NCBI GenBank assembly: GCA_945897085.1
Contig: CAMDEU010000002.1
Span: 4-64,003, forward strand
Direction of reading: 5' to 3'
From: Spirosoma fluviale
GTDB taxonomy: Bacteria > Bacteroidota > Bacteroidia > Cytophagales > Cyclobacteriaceae
DNA: 64,000 nucleotides
Both the position numbers and the translations under genes were made by a program. The notes under the pieces were generated by a model. That model had not been told where the DNA came from. It did no database searches and saw only the letters and a list, made by a program, of their open reading frames with translations. Shown in pieces: positions 35,271 to 45,668 of this stretch. The number at the start of each line of letters is the position of its first letter. Position 1 is the first letter of the stretch.

Positions 35271-36149
35271 ATGACTCTTCAAAAAATTTGCATCCTAGGT
35301 GCTGGAACTCTCGGCTCACGTGTAGCGCTTCAATCTGCAATTTCAGGATTTACAGTTACGATCTTTGACTTGAAACAAGCATCTCTAGATTCGGCTTTGC
35401 TGACCATGCAAAAAATCCTTCGCCAACTAGTTCGTGCGGGGAACCTTACCGAATCACAAGTACCAGCAATTCTCCAACGGGTACAGCCTACCTTGGACCT
35501 TAGCGAGGCATTGAAAGGAGCTTATCTTGTGAATGAAAGTGTTACAGAAGATGTCACTATCAAAAAGGCCTTGTGGACACAAGTTGGGCAGCTAGCAGAC
35601 ACAAATACCTGGTTGACCACGAATACCTCCTACCTTCTCCCCTCCCAATTTGCTGAAGAAACTGGTCGACCCCAGCAGTTTTGTGCCTTCCATTTTCATG
35701 ATGTCTTTTATTCTAGGGTGGTAGATATTATGCCCCATCCAGGCACAGATCCTGCCCTAATTGAGGTTTTGGAAGAGCTCGGAAGGCAATTAAATCAGGT
35801 TCCTGTCATCGTACGCAAAGAAAACCCCGGATACCTGTTCAACACAATGTTGATGGCGCTATTGGGAGCTGCTGGAAAACTAATCACGCGAGAAGTGGGA
35901 AGCATTGAAGATATCGACAAGTCCTGGATGGTCAATTTCCACATGCCGATGGGACCATTTGGAATTTTAGATTCCATAGGGCTGGATACTGCTTGGCATG
36001 TCACCCACAAAATGCCCGATTCTGCATCGCAGGCATTTGCTGCTTTATTGATAACCTATATTGAGCAAGGCAAACTTGGTGAGAAAACTGGTGAAGGATT
36101 CTACAGCTACCCCAATCCACGCTACCGAGATGCCGATTTTATTCAATAA
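35271..36149 (+). CDS. 3-hydroxyacyl-CoA dehydrogenase family protein
   Basis: GAGTLG, TNTS, PGYLFN, MGPF..LD.IGLD and GEKTGEGFY motifs. Confidence 0.9.
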   Translation: MTLQKICILGAGTLGSRVALQSAISGFTVTIFDLKQASLDSALLTMQKILRQLVRAGNLTESQVPAILQRVQPTLDLSEALKGAYLVNESVTEDVTIKKALWTQVGQLADTNTWLTTNTSYLLPSQFAEETGRPQQFCAFHFHDVFYSRVVDIMPHPGTDPALIEVLEELGRQLNQVPVIVRKENPGYLFNTMLMALLGAAGKLITREVGSIEDIDKSWMVNFHMPMGPFGILDSIGLDTAWHVTHKMPDSASQAFAALLITYIEQGKLGEKTGEGFYSYPNPRYRDADFIQ

Positions 36150-36801
36150 ATGAAAATTGGATGTACTTGATTTTCTCTCCCTTATCCGAAAAAATCTTCT
36201 CATAACGCGTCTTGATGCCATAATGCGCATCGCGGAGCTCACTTTCGTAAAAATCTGACGTGTTATTTCGAATCTGGCAATCGGGTCGAGCGCTTAAAAC
36301 CAACTCCGTGTACTCATAGAGCCCTGTATTGTCTGTTTTGAAGTGAATGAGTCCACCAGCCTTGACCAGCTTCGTATACATCTCCAGAAATTTAGGGGAA
36401 GTCAATCTTCGCTTTTCATCCCCATCCCTTGGAAAAGGATCAGGGAAAGTTATCCAGAGTTCAGAAATTTCGTTTGGAGCAAAAAAGTCTTGCAGCTGCT
36501 GAATTTGGATGCGTAAAAATGCCACATTATGTATCCCCTCAGCAGTAGCAGTAGAGCTCCCCTTCCAAATCCTACTGCCCTTAATGTCTACTCCAATAAA
36601 ATTTTGGTTCGGATACTGCCTACCTAGACCTAAGGTAAATTCTCCTCTTCCACAGGCCAATTCGACGACTAAGGGTTGATTAACGGCAAACTGAAGTGTG
36701 TTCCACTGCCCTTTTACCTGCTCAAAAATAGGCTTACCTTCCTGTACTACATTGGGGTTGACTTCGTTTTGGGCAAAGCGAACCAGTTTATTTCTACTCA
36801 T
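36139..36801 (-). CDS. trmB: tRNA (guanine-N7)-methyltransferase
   Basis: ELACGRGE, FPDP, FKTD and TRYE motifs. Confidence 0.95.
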   Translation of the reverse strand: MSRNKLVRFAQNEVNPNVVQEGKPIFEQVKGQWNTLQFAVNQPLVVELACGRGEFTLGLGRQYPNQNFIGVDIKGSRIWKGSSTATAEGIHNVAFLRIQIQQLQDFFAPNEISELWITFPDPFPRDGDEKRRLTSPKFLEMYTKLVKAGGLIHFKTDNTGLYEYTELVLSARPDCQIRNNTSDFYESELRDAHYGIKTRYEKIFSDKGEKIKYIQFSFIE

Positions 36802-38102
36802 TAAAGATTTTCAATTTCTGCAACTACAAAAGTACTGCCTCCAATAAATATCAGGTCATCGGGAGATGCATTTTTTCTTGCAAATTCAAGGGCATCTGTA
36901 ACCTTGGAAATAACCTGTCCAATCAGGCCTTTTTCATTCCCCTTCCTTTCCAATTCATGGGCATCCATTGCGCGAGGGATACTTGCTTGGCAAAAAATAT
37001 AGGTAGCTTCTTTTGGCAGTAAGTCCAAAACCTTGGAGATATCCTTGTCATTCACCATTCCAATCACCATCCAAAGTTGGGAATATGAATAATTTTTAAG
37101 CTGGTTTACTACCTCTAAAATCCCAGACTCATTGTGACCTGTATCGGCTATAATGAGCGGTTTTAGCTGCAATAGCTGCCATCGACCCTTCAGGCCCGTT
37201 TGCTCAGCAACATTTTCCAAACCCGTTTTGAGAGCCTGATCAGAAAGGTTCCAACCTTGATTCTGTAGCTGCTTGACAGCCTCCAAAATACCAGGAAGGT
37301 TGAATCGTTGGTAGTCGCCATTCAAGCCAAACTTCAAATTAAAACCCTTATCGCTAGTCCGCACTTGAAAATTGGCGGACTGTTGCAGGCTAGGGCCTTC
37401 TGATTGTTGAAGTTTAGTTACCTCCCACAGCTGATCAGCAAAAACGATAGTTGCCTGCATTGCAGCTGCCTGCTGTGAAAATACTACCTGCGTCTCCTTT
37501 TGTGTTTGGCTAATCACGACGGGAACACCTTGCTTTATGATCCCTGCCTTTTCTCCCGCTATCAGGGGAAGGGTATTTCCTAAAAATTGAGTGTGGTCGT
37601 AACCGATAGTGGTAATTACACTTAGTTCAGGATGAATCACATTGGTACTATCCAACCTCCCTCCCATCCCCACTTCAATCACTGCGATATCCACGGCCTC
37701 CTTTGCAAAATACCAAAATGCCATTCCTACAGTCATCTCAAAGAAACTGGGTTGAAGCTGATCTAAAAAGGCTTTATTGTTGACTACAAATTCCACCACC
37801 CCAGCTTCCGTAATTTCTTTCCCATCAATTCGAATTCGTTCGGTGAAGGATTTGAGGTGAGGGGATGTATAAAGGCCAGTTTTATAGCCGGCCGCTTGGA
37901 AAACAGAAGCCAAGGCATGGGAGGTACTCCCCTTTCCATTGGTCCCCGCAACATGAATCGTTTTGAATGTTTCTTGGGGGTTTCCCAAATGAGCACATAG
38001 GGAAAAGGTATTTGTCAAATCTGCTTTGTAGGCAGAAGCTCCCACCCGCTGAAACATGGGTAAGGCATTAAAAAGGTAATCCAATGTTTCTACGTAAGTC
38101 AT
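36801..38102 (-). CDS. folC: Folylpolyglutamate/dihydrofolate synthase
   Basis: HVAGTNGKGS, YTSPHL, EVGMGGRLDSTN and EKAGIIK motifs; ATG 38102. Confidence 0.96.
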   Translation of the reverse strand: MTYVETLDYLFNALPMFQRVGASAYKADLTNTFSLCAHLGNPQETFKTIHVAGTNGKGSTSHALASVFQAAGYKTGLYTSPHLKSFTERIRIDGKEITEAGVVEFVVNNKAFLDQLQPSFFEMTVGMAFWYFAKEAVDIAVIEVGMGGRLDSTNVIHPELSVITTIGYDHTQFLGNTLPLIAGEKAGIIKQGVPVVISQTQKETQVVFSQQAAAMQATIVFADQLWEVTKLQQSEGPSLQQSANFQVRTSDKGFNLKFGLNGDYQRFNLPGILEAVKQLQNQGWNLSDQALKTGLENVAEQTGLKGRWQLLQLKPLIIADTGHNESGILEVVNQLKNYSYSQLWMVIGMVNDKDISKVLDLLPKEATYIFCQASIPRAMDAHELERKGNEKGLIGQVISKVTDALEFARKNASPDDLIFIGGSTFVVAEIENL

Positions 38103-38103
38103 G

Positions 38104-38952
38104 TTAATCCACTTTAACCACAAAAGTGATTTTCCCCGTAGAAAAATCAGCTGCAGCACCACCAGATTTTTTGAAATCAAGTTGGTTGACTACTTGGCGG
38201 TAGTAGGCCAATACCTCATTGGATACATTGTATTCGAGTGGAAGGGCTTGAACTACCTTCCCTGATCCATCCACTGTGATTTTGAAAACAATGCGGCCAT
38301 TTCGGGTAGATACCCGATCGTTGATCGTAGGTCGAGAAGCAAAATCCCATCCTGCCAAATCAAGGCTATAACCAGCACCTCCATTACTCGCACCTGTTGG
38401 TTGCCCTTGATCTCCTTTGGAATCGGAATTTCCTTGCCCAGTGGATGAGCTTGAGGTCGAACCAGTTCCTGATTTCCCTCCTGCTCCAAAAAGTGCCCTT
38501 TGGTCTACCTTGGGCTGTTCTACCACTTTTGGGGTTATCGAAACTTCTTTGGTTTCTTCTTTTACGGGAGTAGCATTAGCCAAAGTTTCTCCTTTGATAG
38601 GAGATGGTTTCGTAGTTACCGCCTGAGAGGTACTAACCTTTGCTGAAGTAGTTGTGGGGGTATTTGAAGCTACAGCTGCTTGTTGAACTGGTATGATCTC
38701 GCCTGGAGCTGCTTCTTCAGTAGACGGGTTTTCTGAGGTGTTGGAAAGTACTTGAGATTGATCTCCAGAGCCTAGATCTGAAAATCCCAAATTCAACTCC
38801 ATTCCATAGGTAGGTGTAGGAGGATTAGGTTGCTCCCAAACCACTATAAAGTAAAAGGCTAAAAATAGCAACCCTTGTACCAGTATAGTAATAAGAGCCG
38901 ATTGAGTTCGACTTTTTTGTTCGAGTGAATTGGAATTCACACCAAGCATCAA
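38104..38952 (-). CDS. TonB/TolA-like energy transducer
   Basis: One N-terminal TM helix, a Pro/Thr/Gly-rich linker and a TonB-C-like end (GRIVFKITVD..GKV...GKITF); follows exbD. Confidence 0.82.
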   Translation of the reverse strand: MMLGVNSNSLEQKSRTQSALITILVQGLLFLAFYFIVVWEQPNPPTPTYGMELNLGFSDLGSGDQSQVLSNTSENPSTEEAAPGEIIPVQQAAVASNTPTTTSAKVSTSQAVTTKPSPIKGETLANATPVKEETKEVSITPKVVEQPKVDQRALFGAGGKSGTGSTSSSSTGQGNSDSKGDQGQPTGASNGGAGYSLDLAGWDFASRPTINDRVSTRNGRIVFKITVDGSGKVVQALPLEYNVSNEVLAYYRQVVNQLDFKKSGGAAADFSTGKITFVVKVD

Positions 38953-39341
38953 TTGTATGGTTTGGTGGCGATCGATACATTGGCACCCAGCCCTGCTGCG
39001 ATGCCTCCAATTTCTACCAAGTATTCAACAGGTACTTCCTTGTCCAAATGCAAGACTACCTGACCTTTTTTTCCTTCCAATAATGGAGTGAGTACGGCCT
39101 TCAGCTGCTCACGGGAGGTAAGCTGATCATTGACTGAAAACTGCAGGTCTTTGGTCACAGAGACGGTTACTTCCTGCATCACGATATCAGAGGTTTCGCT
39201 CGAGGGCAGATTAACCGAAAGTCCAGAAGGAGTGATAAACGAAGAAGTCAGCATAAAAAATATCAACAAAAGAAAAATGATGTCCGTCATGGAGGACATA
39301 CTAAATGAGGCATCGACTTTATTTTTCTGATGAAGTCCCAT
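38949..39341 (-). CDS. exbD: Biopolymer transporter ExbD/TolR
   Basis: SMTDIIFLLLIFFML and VNLP motifs. Confidence 0.92.
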   Translation of the reverse strand: MGLHQKNKVDASFSMSSMTDIIFLLLIFFMLTSSFITPSGLSVNLPSSETSDIVMQEVTVSVTKDLQFSVNDQLTSREQLKAVLTPLLEGKKGQVVLHLDKEVPVEYLVEIGGIAAGLGANVSIATKPYN

Positions 39342-39343
39342 TT

Positions 39344-40036
39344 TTATTTGTCTTGTAGAAGATCAATAAATTCGATGGAAGTATATTCCATGAGATGCAC
39401 CAACTTGGATACTTGCGTGACCAAATAATTGTACCCCAAGTACGCGATGATTCCTACAACCAATCCTGCGGCAGTAGTAATCATGGCTTCGTAAATACCC
39501 GAAGAAAGCAACTTGGGAGACACCATTCCATCCTCTTGGGCAATGGAAATAAACGCCTGAATCATACCAGTAACAGTTCCCAAAAACCCAATCATGGGCG
39601 CTGCGCCCGAAACAGTCGCTAAGACTCCTAAATTTTTCTCCAGCTTATAAATTTCAAGTTTGCCCACATTTTCGATGGCCACTTCAATGTTTTTTAAAGG
39701 TGACCCGATTCGATCTATACCTTTGGAAATCATAATTGCTACAGGGGTGTTTTCACCAGCACAAAGCATTTTAGCTTTTTCTATCTGCCCGTTTTGAACC
39801 AATATTTTTACCTGATCCATCAAGCTTCCTGGAGTTTTGGAGGCTTTTCTTATCACCAATAGTTTTTGAATGAAAATGAAAATTGCCAATACAAACAATC
39901 CATACAGCGGAATCATCATGTAGCCTCCTTTTATCAAGAGATCTAGCAATCCAATGGATTGAGTAGTTGCTTCAGCAGTCGCAGCTGGAATTTTAGCAAC
40001 GGAATCAATAGCAAGTGTCTGTAATAAAATCATCAT
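39344..40036 (-). CDS. exbB: MotA/TolQ/ExbB proton channel protein
   Basis: APMIGFLGTVTGMI and GIYEAMITTAAGL motifs. ATG 40036 overlaps the upstream stop (TGATG). Confidence 0.92.
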   Translation of the reverse strand: MMILLQTLAIDSVAKIPAATAEATTQSIGLLDLLIKGGYMMIPLYGLFVLAIFIFIQKLLVIRKASKTPGSLMDQVKILVQNGQIEKAKMLCAGENTPVAIMISKGIDRIGSPLKNIEVAIENVGKLEIYKLEKNLGVLATVSGAAPMIGFLGTVTGMIQAFISIAQEDGMVSPKLLSSGIYEAMITTAAGLVVGIIAYLGYNYLVTQVSKLVHLMEYTSIEFIDLLQDK

Positions 40037-40890
40037 CAATAGTTCAATATCCAATACCCCCTCGCGTTTTGTGCTTTCATTTCTGTTAGCTTGGCTGAAG
40101 CTTCATCCCAATTTCTGTAGGCGCCTATTGCTAATCTGTAGTTCGGGTTTTCCTCGAAAGGCAATACCAAATAGTATTCTGAGAATTTATTTTCAGGTCT
40201 CTGAATATATCGAACAGTTTCTTCCTCACTTCCAAAGCTGCCTATTATTAAGAAAAACCTTCGATACGATTCTCTCTTATCTATTCGGATAATTTTAGGA
40301 TTAATCGCAATTGATGTGCCAGAATTATTTGAATTCGAACTCAACGCCAAATTTGAAATCGCGGTTGAATCTTGAACAGGCAAAGAATCTGCACTTGTAA
40401 GTGCGGAACTATCTACTGACTGTTTGGGAGGTATCAGGTTCGTCGGTTGGTTAATCACTATATTTTCATTTCCAACAACCGAATTTTTATTCATTTGAAT
40501 TTGAAAAACAATCACTGAAATTGCTGCTATTAATGTGAAAAAAACTACCCAAACCCAGGTTTTGGATTTCTTATTCTTGTTTTTGGGGAGCGGTGTAGGA
40601 GCAACAACTGGGCGACTTGGTTTGGTTTCTTTTTTCTTCTCTGGTGCAGCTGAAGGAGTTGTTAGAGGAGCACTTTTGGGTGGTTCAGAATCAGTTATAG
40701 GAGCACTTTTGGCTGGCTCAGAAGCAGCTACAGGAACACTTATAGGTGTCTCAGGAGCAGTTACAGGAACCGCTGTAATTACCTCTTTCGTCTTTGATTT
40801 TACCTTAGCAAGTGGGCTAATTTCTACGAAAGGGAGACCAAAATCCTTGGGATCTGACCATTGTTTGGGATGGGATTCTTTTTCTGCCAT
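40036..40890 (-). CDS. Bitopic SPOR-domain protein
   Basis: Pro-rich N-terminal region, one TM helix (WVWVVFFTLIAAISVIVF), C-terminal FFLIIGSF...YRLAIGAY...YWIL. Confidence 0.72.
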   Translation of the reverse strand: MAEKESHPKQWSDPKDFGLPFVEISPLAKVKSKTKEVITAVPVTAPETPISVPVAASEPAKSAPITDSEPPKSAPLTTPSAAPEKKKETKPSRPVVAPTPLPKNKNKKSKTWVWVVFFTLIAAISVIVFQIQMNKNSVVGNENIVINQPTNLIPPKQSVDSSALTSADSLPVQDSTAISNLALSSNSNNSGTSIAINPKIIRIDKRESYRRFFLIIGSFGSEEETVRYIQRPENKFSEYYLVLPFEENPNYRLAIGAYRNWDEASAKLTEMKAQNARGYWILNY

Positions 40891-40956
40891 TGTACAATTG
40901 AGAAGATACGAAACTAACTTAAAACTAGGTAAAGCCCAACCCTAGCTGTCGGTAAA

Positions 40957-42669
40957 TTAAAATTTGAAACTCAACCCTCCAACTCCTTGAATACCACGCA
41001 CTGGATAGTTCATCCAACGGGTATTATTTCTGTTGAGTAGGTTATTTCCTTCAGCAAAAATAAAAATACGCGAACTTACTGGATAGTCTATTTTCAATTG
41101 GAGATCAAGGATGGGATTGAGTGAGACTTCTTGGAATTTCGGTGTTGAAATGATTTCCTGGGGTTCAAATCCCCTCGCCTTCAATCCACCCATTAAATTG
41201 AAATTCGCTTGCAAGCGTATCTTTTCACCAGGTGTAAACTGCTGATTCATGCTTAGTATCCATGTAGGTCGATGCCAAGCTGCTTGCTGGGTAGTAAGTG
41301 AATAATGAAATAAGTCAATCCGTGTTTGGAGTGAATACAGGTCTGATAGCTTGAACTCAATTGCTGTGTTAAATTGCAACACTGTTGCTTTATTAACGTC
41401 GTAAACTAGTTCAAACCGAGATGTATCAGCAAAAGAATTCACAAAGAAATGAAGATTAGACTGCCGACTAAGATCTAGACCTGCTCGGTATTGCCCCTTC
41501 TCCCAAAGCTGTCCCACTATTCCAGCTGCCACCTTCCAATGTGTAACCGTGTTGCGCAGCTGTTCACTTGGCCCCAAGAATGGGTTTTCTTGAACAAAGC
41601 TGTTGTAGGTATTGCGCTGAACATCTCCAGTAATAGCAGCATTCACCTGTAGCTTTTCTGATACCTGATAAGAGGATTTTAGTACTGGAAAAAGGCGAAT
41701 CCCTGGTTTACTTTCCGCTACTGAATCATTATCAGAAACCAAAACAACACCAGCCGAGAAATGGAAATCACCAAATTTATAATGCCCTTCAGGTCGCAGC
41801 GAAAAATAGTTTCGGTTGAGGTCATACCCCAGGTCTTCCGTAGCAGTGGTAAAGTAGGAAAGTCCCAAAGTTCCCAGCCCTTCGTTGGATGGTCTAAAAG
41901 TTCCCTTTCCCTCAAAACCTAGCTCCTGCTCCTGCACTGCATAGCTATCTCTGAAGCCACCCAAAACAACTTCTCCTTCATATCCGATCCGACCCACTTT
42001 GTCTAAGTCGCGGATTCCCAACTTTAAATTTCCATGTAGTTGTTTATTTGGAGCAAAATAGGAACCTGCAAAATCAATATTTGGAGGTATTACAAACCCT
42101 AAATCTTGACCATAATAGGTATACGCATCTCTTTTTAGCTTTATGGAGGAATACAATTCTGCTTCCTCCAAAAAGTAACTTACATCTCCAGCAAGTTCAG
42201 TATGCGATTCTTTGCTTTCTTCTTCCATCCAGCTCACAGGGCCTTTGCCATAACTTTGGTGGTAAAGTTTTGTAGCATACTGCCATTCGGAGGATTGGGT
42301 AGATAGGTACCTCCCTTCAATCAAGGGAGACAAAAAGTTGCCATAGCCTACCCGAACCATTCCTGGATACAAATCCAATTTTGGAACTTCCCACTCTTTT
42401 GTGGCAGGCTCTGCCTGAATTTTAGAAGCAGGAACAGAAAGAAAAAATGGCATTACTGGGAAGGTTAGCGATCCCAAAGCTTTGGGCTGAGGCAATGCAG
42501 GCATCTTTTCTAAACTTCGGATCTGCTTCGGCAAACGGATCACACGATCTTTTTGAATGATAAACACTTGGTCTTGTACGCCTCCTTTTTGGGGAGTTTG
42601 TGCAAGACTGGCATTTAGGCATCCGAAGAAAAGCACTAAGAATAAAAAAATGGTCTGAATCCTTCTCAT
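40957..42669 (-). CDS. Outer-membrane beta-barrel protein (TonB-dependent-receptor-like)
   Basis: Signal peptide, amphipathic strands, C-terminal GNNLLN...GLSFKF. Confidence 0.78.
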   Translation of the reverse strand: MRRIQTIFLFLVLFFGCLNASLAQTPQKGGVQDQVFIIQKDRVIRLPKQIRSLEKMPALPQPKALGSLTFPVMPFFLSVPASKIQAEPATKEWEVPKLDLYPGMVRVGYGNFLSPLIEGRYLSTQSSEWQYATKLYHQSYGKGPVSWMEEESKESHTELAGDVSYFLEEAELYSSIKLKRDAYTYYGQDLGFVIPPNIDFAGSYFAPNKQLHGNLKLGIRDLDKVGRIGYEGEVVLGGFRDSYAVQEQELGFEGKGTFRPSNEGLGTLGLSYFTTATEDLGYDLNRNYFSLRPEGHYKFGDFHFSAGVVLVSDNDSVAESKPGIRLFPVLKSSYQVSEKLQVNAAITGDVQRNTYNSFVQENPFLGPSEQLRNTVTHWKVAAGIVGQLWEKGQYRAGLDLSRQSNLHFFVNSFADTSRFELVYDVNKATVLQFNTAIEFKLSDLYSLQTRIDLFHYSLTTQQAAWHRPTWILSMNQQFTPGEKIRLQANFNLMGGLKARGFEPQEIISTPKFQEVSLNPILDLQLKIDYPVSSRIFIFAEGNNLLNRNNTRWMNYPVRGIQGVGGLSFKF

Positions 42670-42672
42670 GGT

Positions 42673-45654
42673 CTAGTCCAGGCTTTTAAGTGTAGATGCT
42701 GCTTTTTCTTTGACTGTTGCATCGTTGGATTGATCAATCACCGATTGCAGGGTCGCCTTTGCTTGAAATACTTCTCCTAACTTAAGGTAGTTGTCTGCCA
42801 GGAGTAAAAACATACTTCCATACCAGTAGTCAAATCCCGAGAATGGACTTGAATAATCAAAAATTAATTCGTTTGAACCCGTAAAATCACTTTTTTCTTG
42901 ATAGATGAGCGCTAGCAATAATAGGCCTTCTGCAGCTTCTTCAGTTCTAAATTCCTGAATCAATAGTCCAAAACTATCCTCTGCTGCGGAATTTTGACTT
43001 AGGAATCGCTGGGATTTACCTTTAATTAACAAGGCTTTAGCTGAAGAACCAGGAATCAATTCATCTTGAGCAAGCAGTTGGTTTGCAACAGTAATTGCTT
43101 GGGTATATTCTTTAATCCAAAAATGCGCAATCATCATCCCTAGTGTTACTTCTGCTTCATCCAATGGCGACCTGAATTGACCTTCAATAGACTTAAAATA
43201 GCGTAAGGCTTCGGAGAAATCTTCTCTTTTTAAGGCAATATTTCCCATTTGCTGCAGCGCCTTGACACGATACTGGGATGCCGGTTGTTGATCCATCAAT
43301 TTAAATAAATCGAAGGCTCTTTCCTCATCGCCTGACTGCCTGTATGAATCTCCAGCAAAATACAAGGCTTCATTTTTTTGCGCCGATTCGGGGTAGTTAC
43401 GTAGGTAGCTATCCAGCGCCTTGGCCGCTTGAGGAAACTTTTGGCTGAGATAAAGATTCTTCGCAGTTTCATACTCAAGCGTTTGAACTGAACCTGCCTT
43501 GGGGTTTGCATTTTTATAAGTCTGAAGGTATTCTCCAAACTCTTCCGCCTTTTCCTGCACTGCTAAGGCTTCTTGAAGGCCTTTAAGCGCTGCTTCAGAG
43601 TTCTCTGCCAAAGGATGCTCCTCCAAAATCTTTTTATAGTCCACTTGAGTTTGGCTGTAGCGTTGCAGTGAATAGTTTGCCACTGCCCTCCCCTCCAAAG
43701 CATAGGGCAGGAATGGAGAATTTGGTCTTTCAAGAATCAATTCACTGAAGGCGGTGATCGCCTCTTCATAGCGAAGCTCTTCGAGGTAAATCTGTCCCTT
43801 TTGGAAAAATGCATCTTCCAAATAAACACTTGTTGGAAAATTAGTAATCAGCAGATTGAGTTGATCGACTGCCGCTTGATTCTTCCCTTGGTAGTTCGTA
43901 ACTACTGCCAGTTGAAGATGAGCATAATCCTGTCCTGCTATTTTTTCAGCAATGCCTAGCGTAAATGTAGCCTCTGCTTGAACAAATTTCTTTTGAACGA
44001 AATAGCAATCCCCCAGCCTCAACAAGGCATCTTGAAATGCTGCTTCATTTTTATTTCGTTGACTTGAACGGTAGGTTTGAAATTGCTGCTCTGCCAAACC
44101 ATACTCTTGAGAATTAAAGTAGGCATACCCTAAACCATAGGTAGCCTTTAAAAAGTAGGAATCTGCAGGTGATGCTTGATTGATGGCGAGTTGGTAGGAA
44201 GCAATGGCTTGAGCTAATGACTCCTGAGCACTGTAAATCTCTCCCTTCCAGAAATGCGTCTCAGCCAACAAGTTACGGTCAGCTGGAAAGCTTTGAGATT
44301 TGGTCAAATAGCTAAGTGCTTGCTCGTATTTTTGATCCCGGTAATAAATTAGCGCCTGGTAGTAGGCCACTTTTTGATAGGCTTCTTGAAGGCGTGGTGA
44401 TTTACTTTTAAGCTTATCGAGTTGCTCCATCACGCGGAGGTAATCGGAAGAATTAAGTATGGCATCCGAAAGCAATGTTTCCGCTTCCCCAAATCTTGTT
44501 CCTTGTGGGTATCCACTCAAGTATTCATCCAAGGTATTAACTGCGACTTGGAAATTTCCACGTTGCAAATTGATCTTAGCCAAGTTAAATAAAGCTTCCT
44601 CTTGGATTCCTAGATCAATTGAACTCGCTGAAGCCACTTGAAAACTAGTCAATGCGTAAGGAAAATTACCCAACTGCACATAAGTATGTCCCAAATAGTA
44701 GCTCGCCGCTTGCGCAATCTCAGGATTCCCTAAGGCTGCCACCTTTAGGAATTCACTTGACTTTTGGTAGTTCTTTGTTTCAAAAAATGAGATCCCTGCT
44801 TTGTAATATTCCTCCTTAGTCAATTCACCCGTTTTATAGGAAATAAATGAATTGTATTGGTCTGCGGCATTCCTGAAATCCTTTAGCGCATAGTGCGACT
44901 CTGCCAAGAATAGATGAATGGATCCTTGTTGATCGAATAGTTTTCCAGAAGCGAGCAAAGGTGTGGCATACCCGATGGCTTCAGCATAGTTGCCTTCCTC
45001 GTAATACAGTGAAGTCAATAAGTAAGGAACCTTGGTTGCATAAAATTCGCTTTTCTCCGCAAGTTGCAGCTCTCGAATGGCTTGTTGGCTATTTCCTTGC
45101 TCCATGGCGATGTAACCACTGTAATACAATGCATCTGCCGTTAAGGGAAGCGTTAATTCTTTTACCTGGTCCAAATAGCTTGCCGCAGCAGCATAATCCT
45201 TGAGCTGAAAATAGCTGTAGCCTAGTTTGAAGGCTACATCTGCACGGCTATTCTTGTTTACTAAACCAATCGGAGCCAGCTCAAAAGCTTCAATAGCCTC
45301 AGCATATCGGTTCTTAAAAAAATAGTGATTGCCTAAAAAAGTTGCTGCACTTGCTACACTCGGTTGTCCAGCATAATCTTGAATATATTTTTTGATTAGA
45401 CCAAGACCATCTGGTCGATCCAATTGTAGCGCTGACAGCGCACATTGGAGTTCTGCTTGCTTCTGCTGGGAAAGGTCAAGCCCCGTTGAAAGCAACTGGT
45501 TGTTCTCGTAAAGGCTTGCAGCAAAAAATTGCTGATCATACAAGCTTGCAGCTCGATCCAAGCCCTGCTGGGAGCTGCTTTGGTAAAGCGAAGATTGTGA
45601 ATAGGACTCCAAACTGAGGCCAAGCCCTGCGAGCAGAACCAAGAAGTATTTCAT
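42673..45654 (-). CDS. Large exported tetratricopeptide-repeat protein
   Basis: Signal peptide and many TPRs (e.g. ALYYSGY, ASYYLGH, YGLGYAYF); ATG 45654. Confidence 0.9.
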   Translation of the reverse strand: MKYFLVLLAGLGLSLESYSQSSLYQSSSQQGLDRAASLYDQQFFAASLYENNQLLSTGLDLSQQKQAELQCALSALQLDRPDGLGLIKKYIQDYAGQPSVASAATFLGNHYFFKNRYAEAIEAFELAPIGLVNKNSRADVAFKLGYSYFQLKDYAAAASYLDQVKELTLPLTADALYYSGYIAMEQGNSQQAIRELQLAEKSEFYATKVPYLLTSLYYEEGNYAEAIGYATPLLASGKLFDQQGSIHLFLAESHYALKDFRNAADQYNSFISYKTGELTKEEYYKAGISFFETKNYQKSSEFLKVAALGNPEIAQAASYYLGHTYVQLGNFPYALTSFQVASASSIDLGIQEEALFNLAKINLQRGNFQVAVNTLDEYLSGYPQGTRFGEAETLLSDAILNSSDYLRVMEQLDKLKSKSPRLQEAYQKVAYYQALIYYRDQKYEQALSYLTKSQSFPADRNLLAETHFWKGEIYSAQESLAQAIASYQLAINQASPADSYFLKATYGLGYAYFNSQEYGLAEQQFQTYRSSQRNKNEAAFQDALLRLGDCYFVQKKFVQAEATFTLGIAEKIAGQDYAHLQLAVVTNYQGKNQAAVDQLNLLITNFPTSVYLEDAFFQKGQIYLEELRYEEAITAFSELILERPNSPFLPYALEGRAVANYSLQRYSQTQVDYKKILEEHPLAENSEAALKGLQEALAVQEKAEEFGEYLQTYKNANPKAGSVQTLEYETAKNLYLSQKFPQAAKALDSYLRNYPESAQKNEALYFAGDSYRQSGDEERAFDLFKLMDQQPASQYRVKALQQMGNIALKREDFSEALRYFKSIEGQFRSPLDEAEVTLGMMIAHFWIKEYTQAITVANQLLAQDELIPGSSAKALLIKGKSQRFLSQNSAAEDSFGLLIQEFRTEEAAEGLLLLALIYQEKSDFTGSNELIFDYSSPFSGFDYWYGSMFLLLADNYLKLGEVFQAKATLQSVIDQSNDATVKEKAASTLKSLD

Positions 45655-45668
45655 GGCATTTAGCGAAT

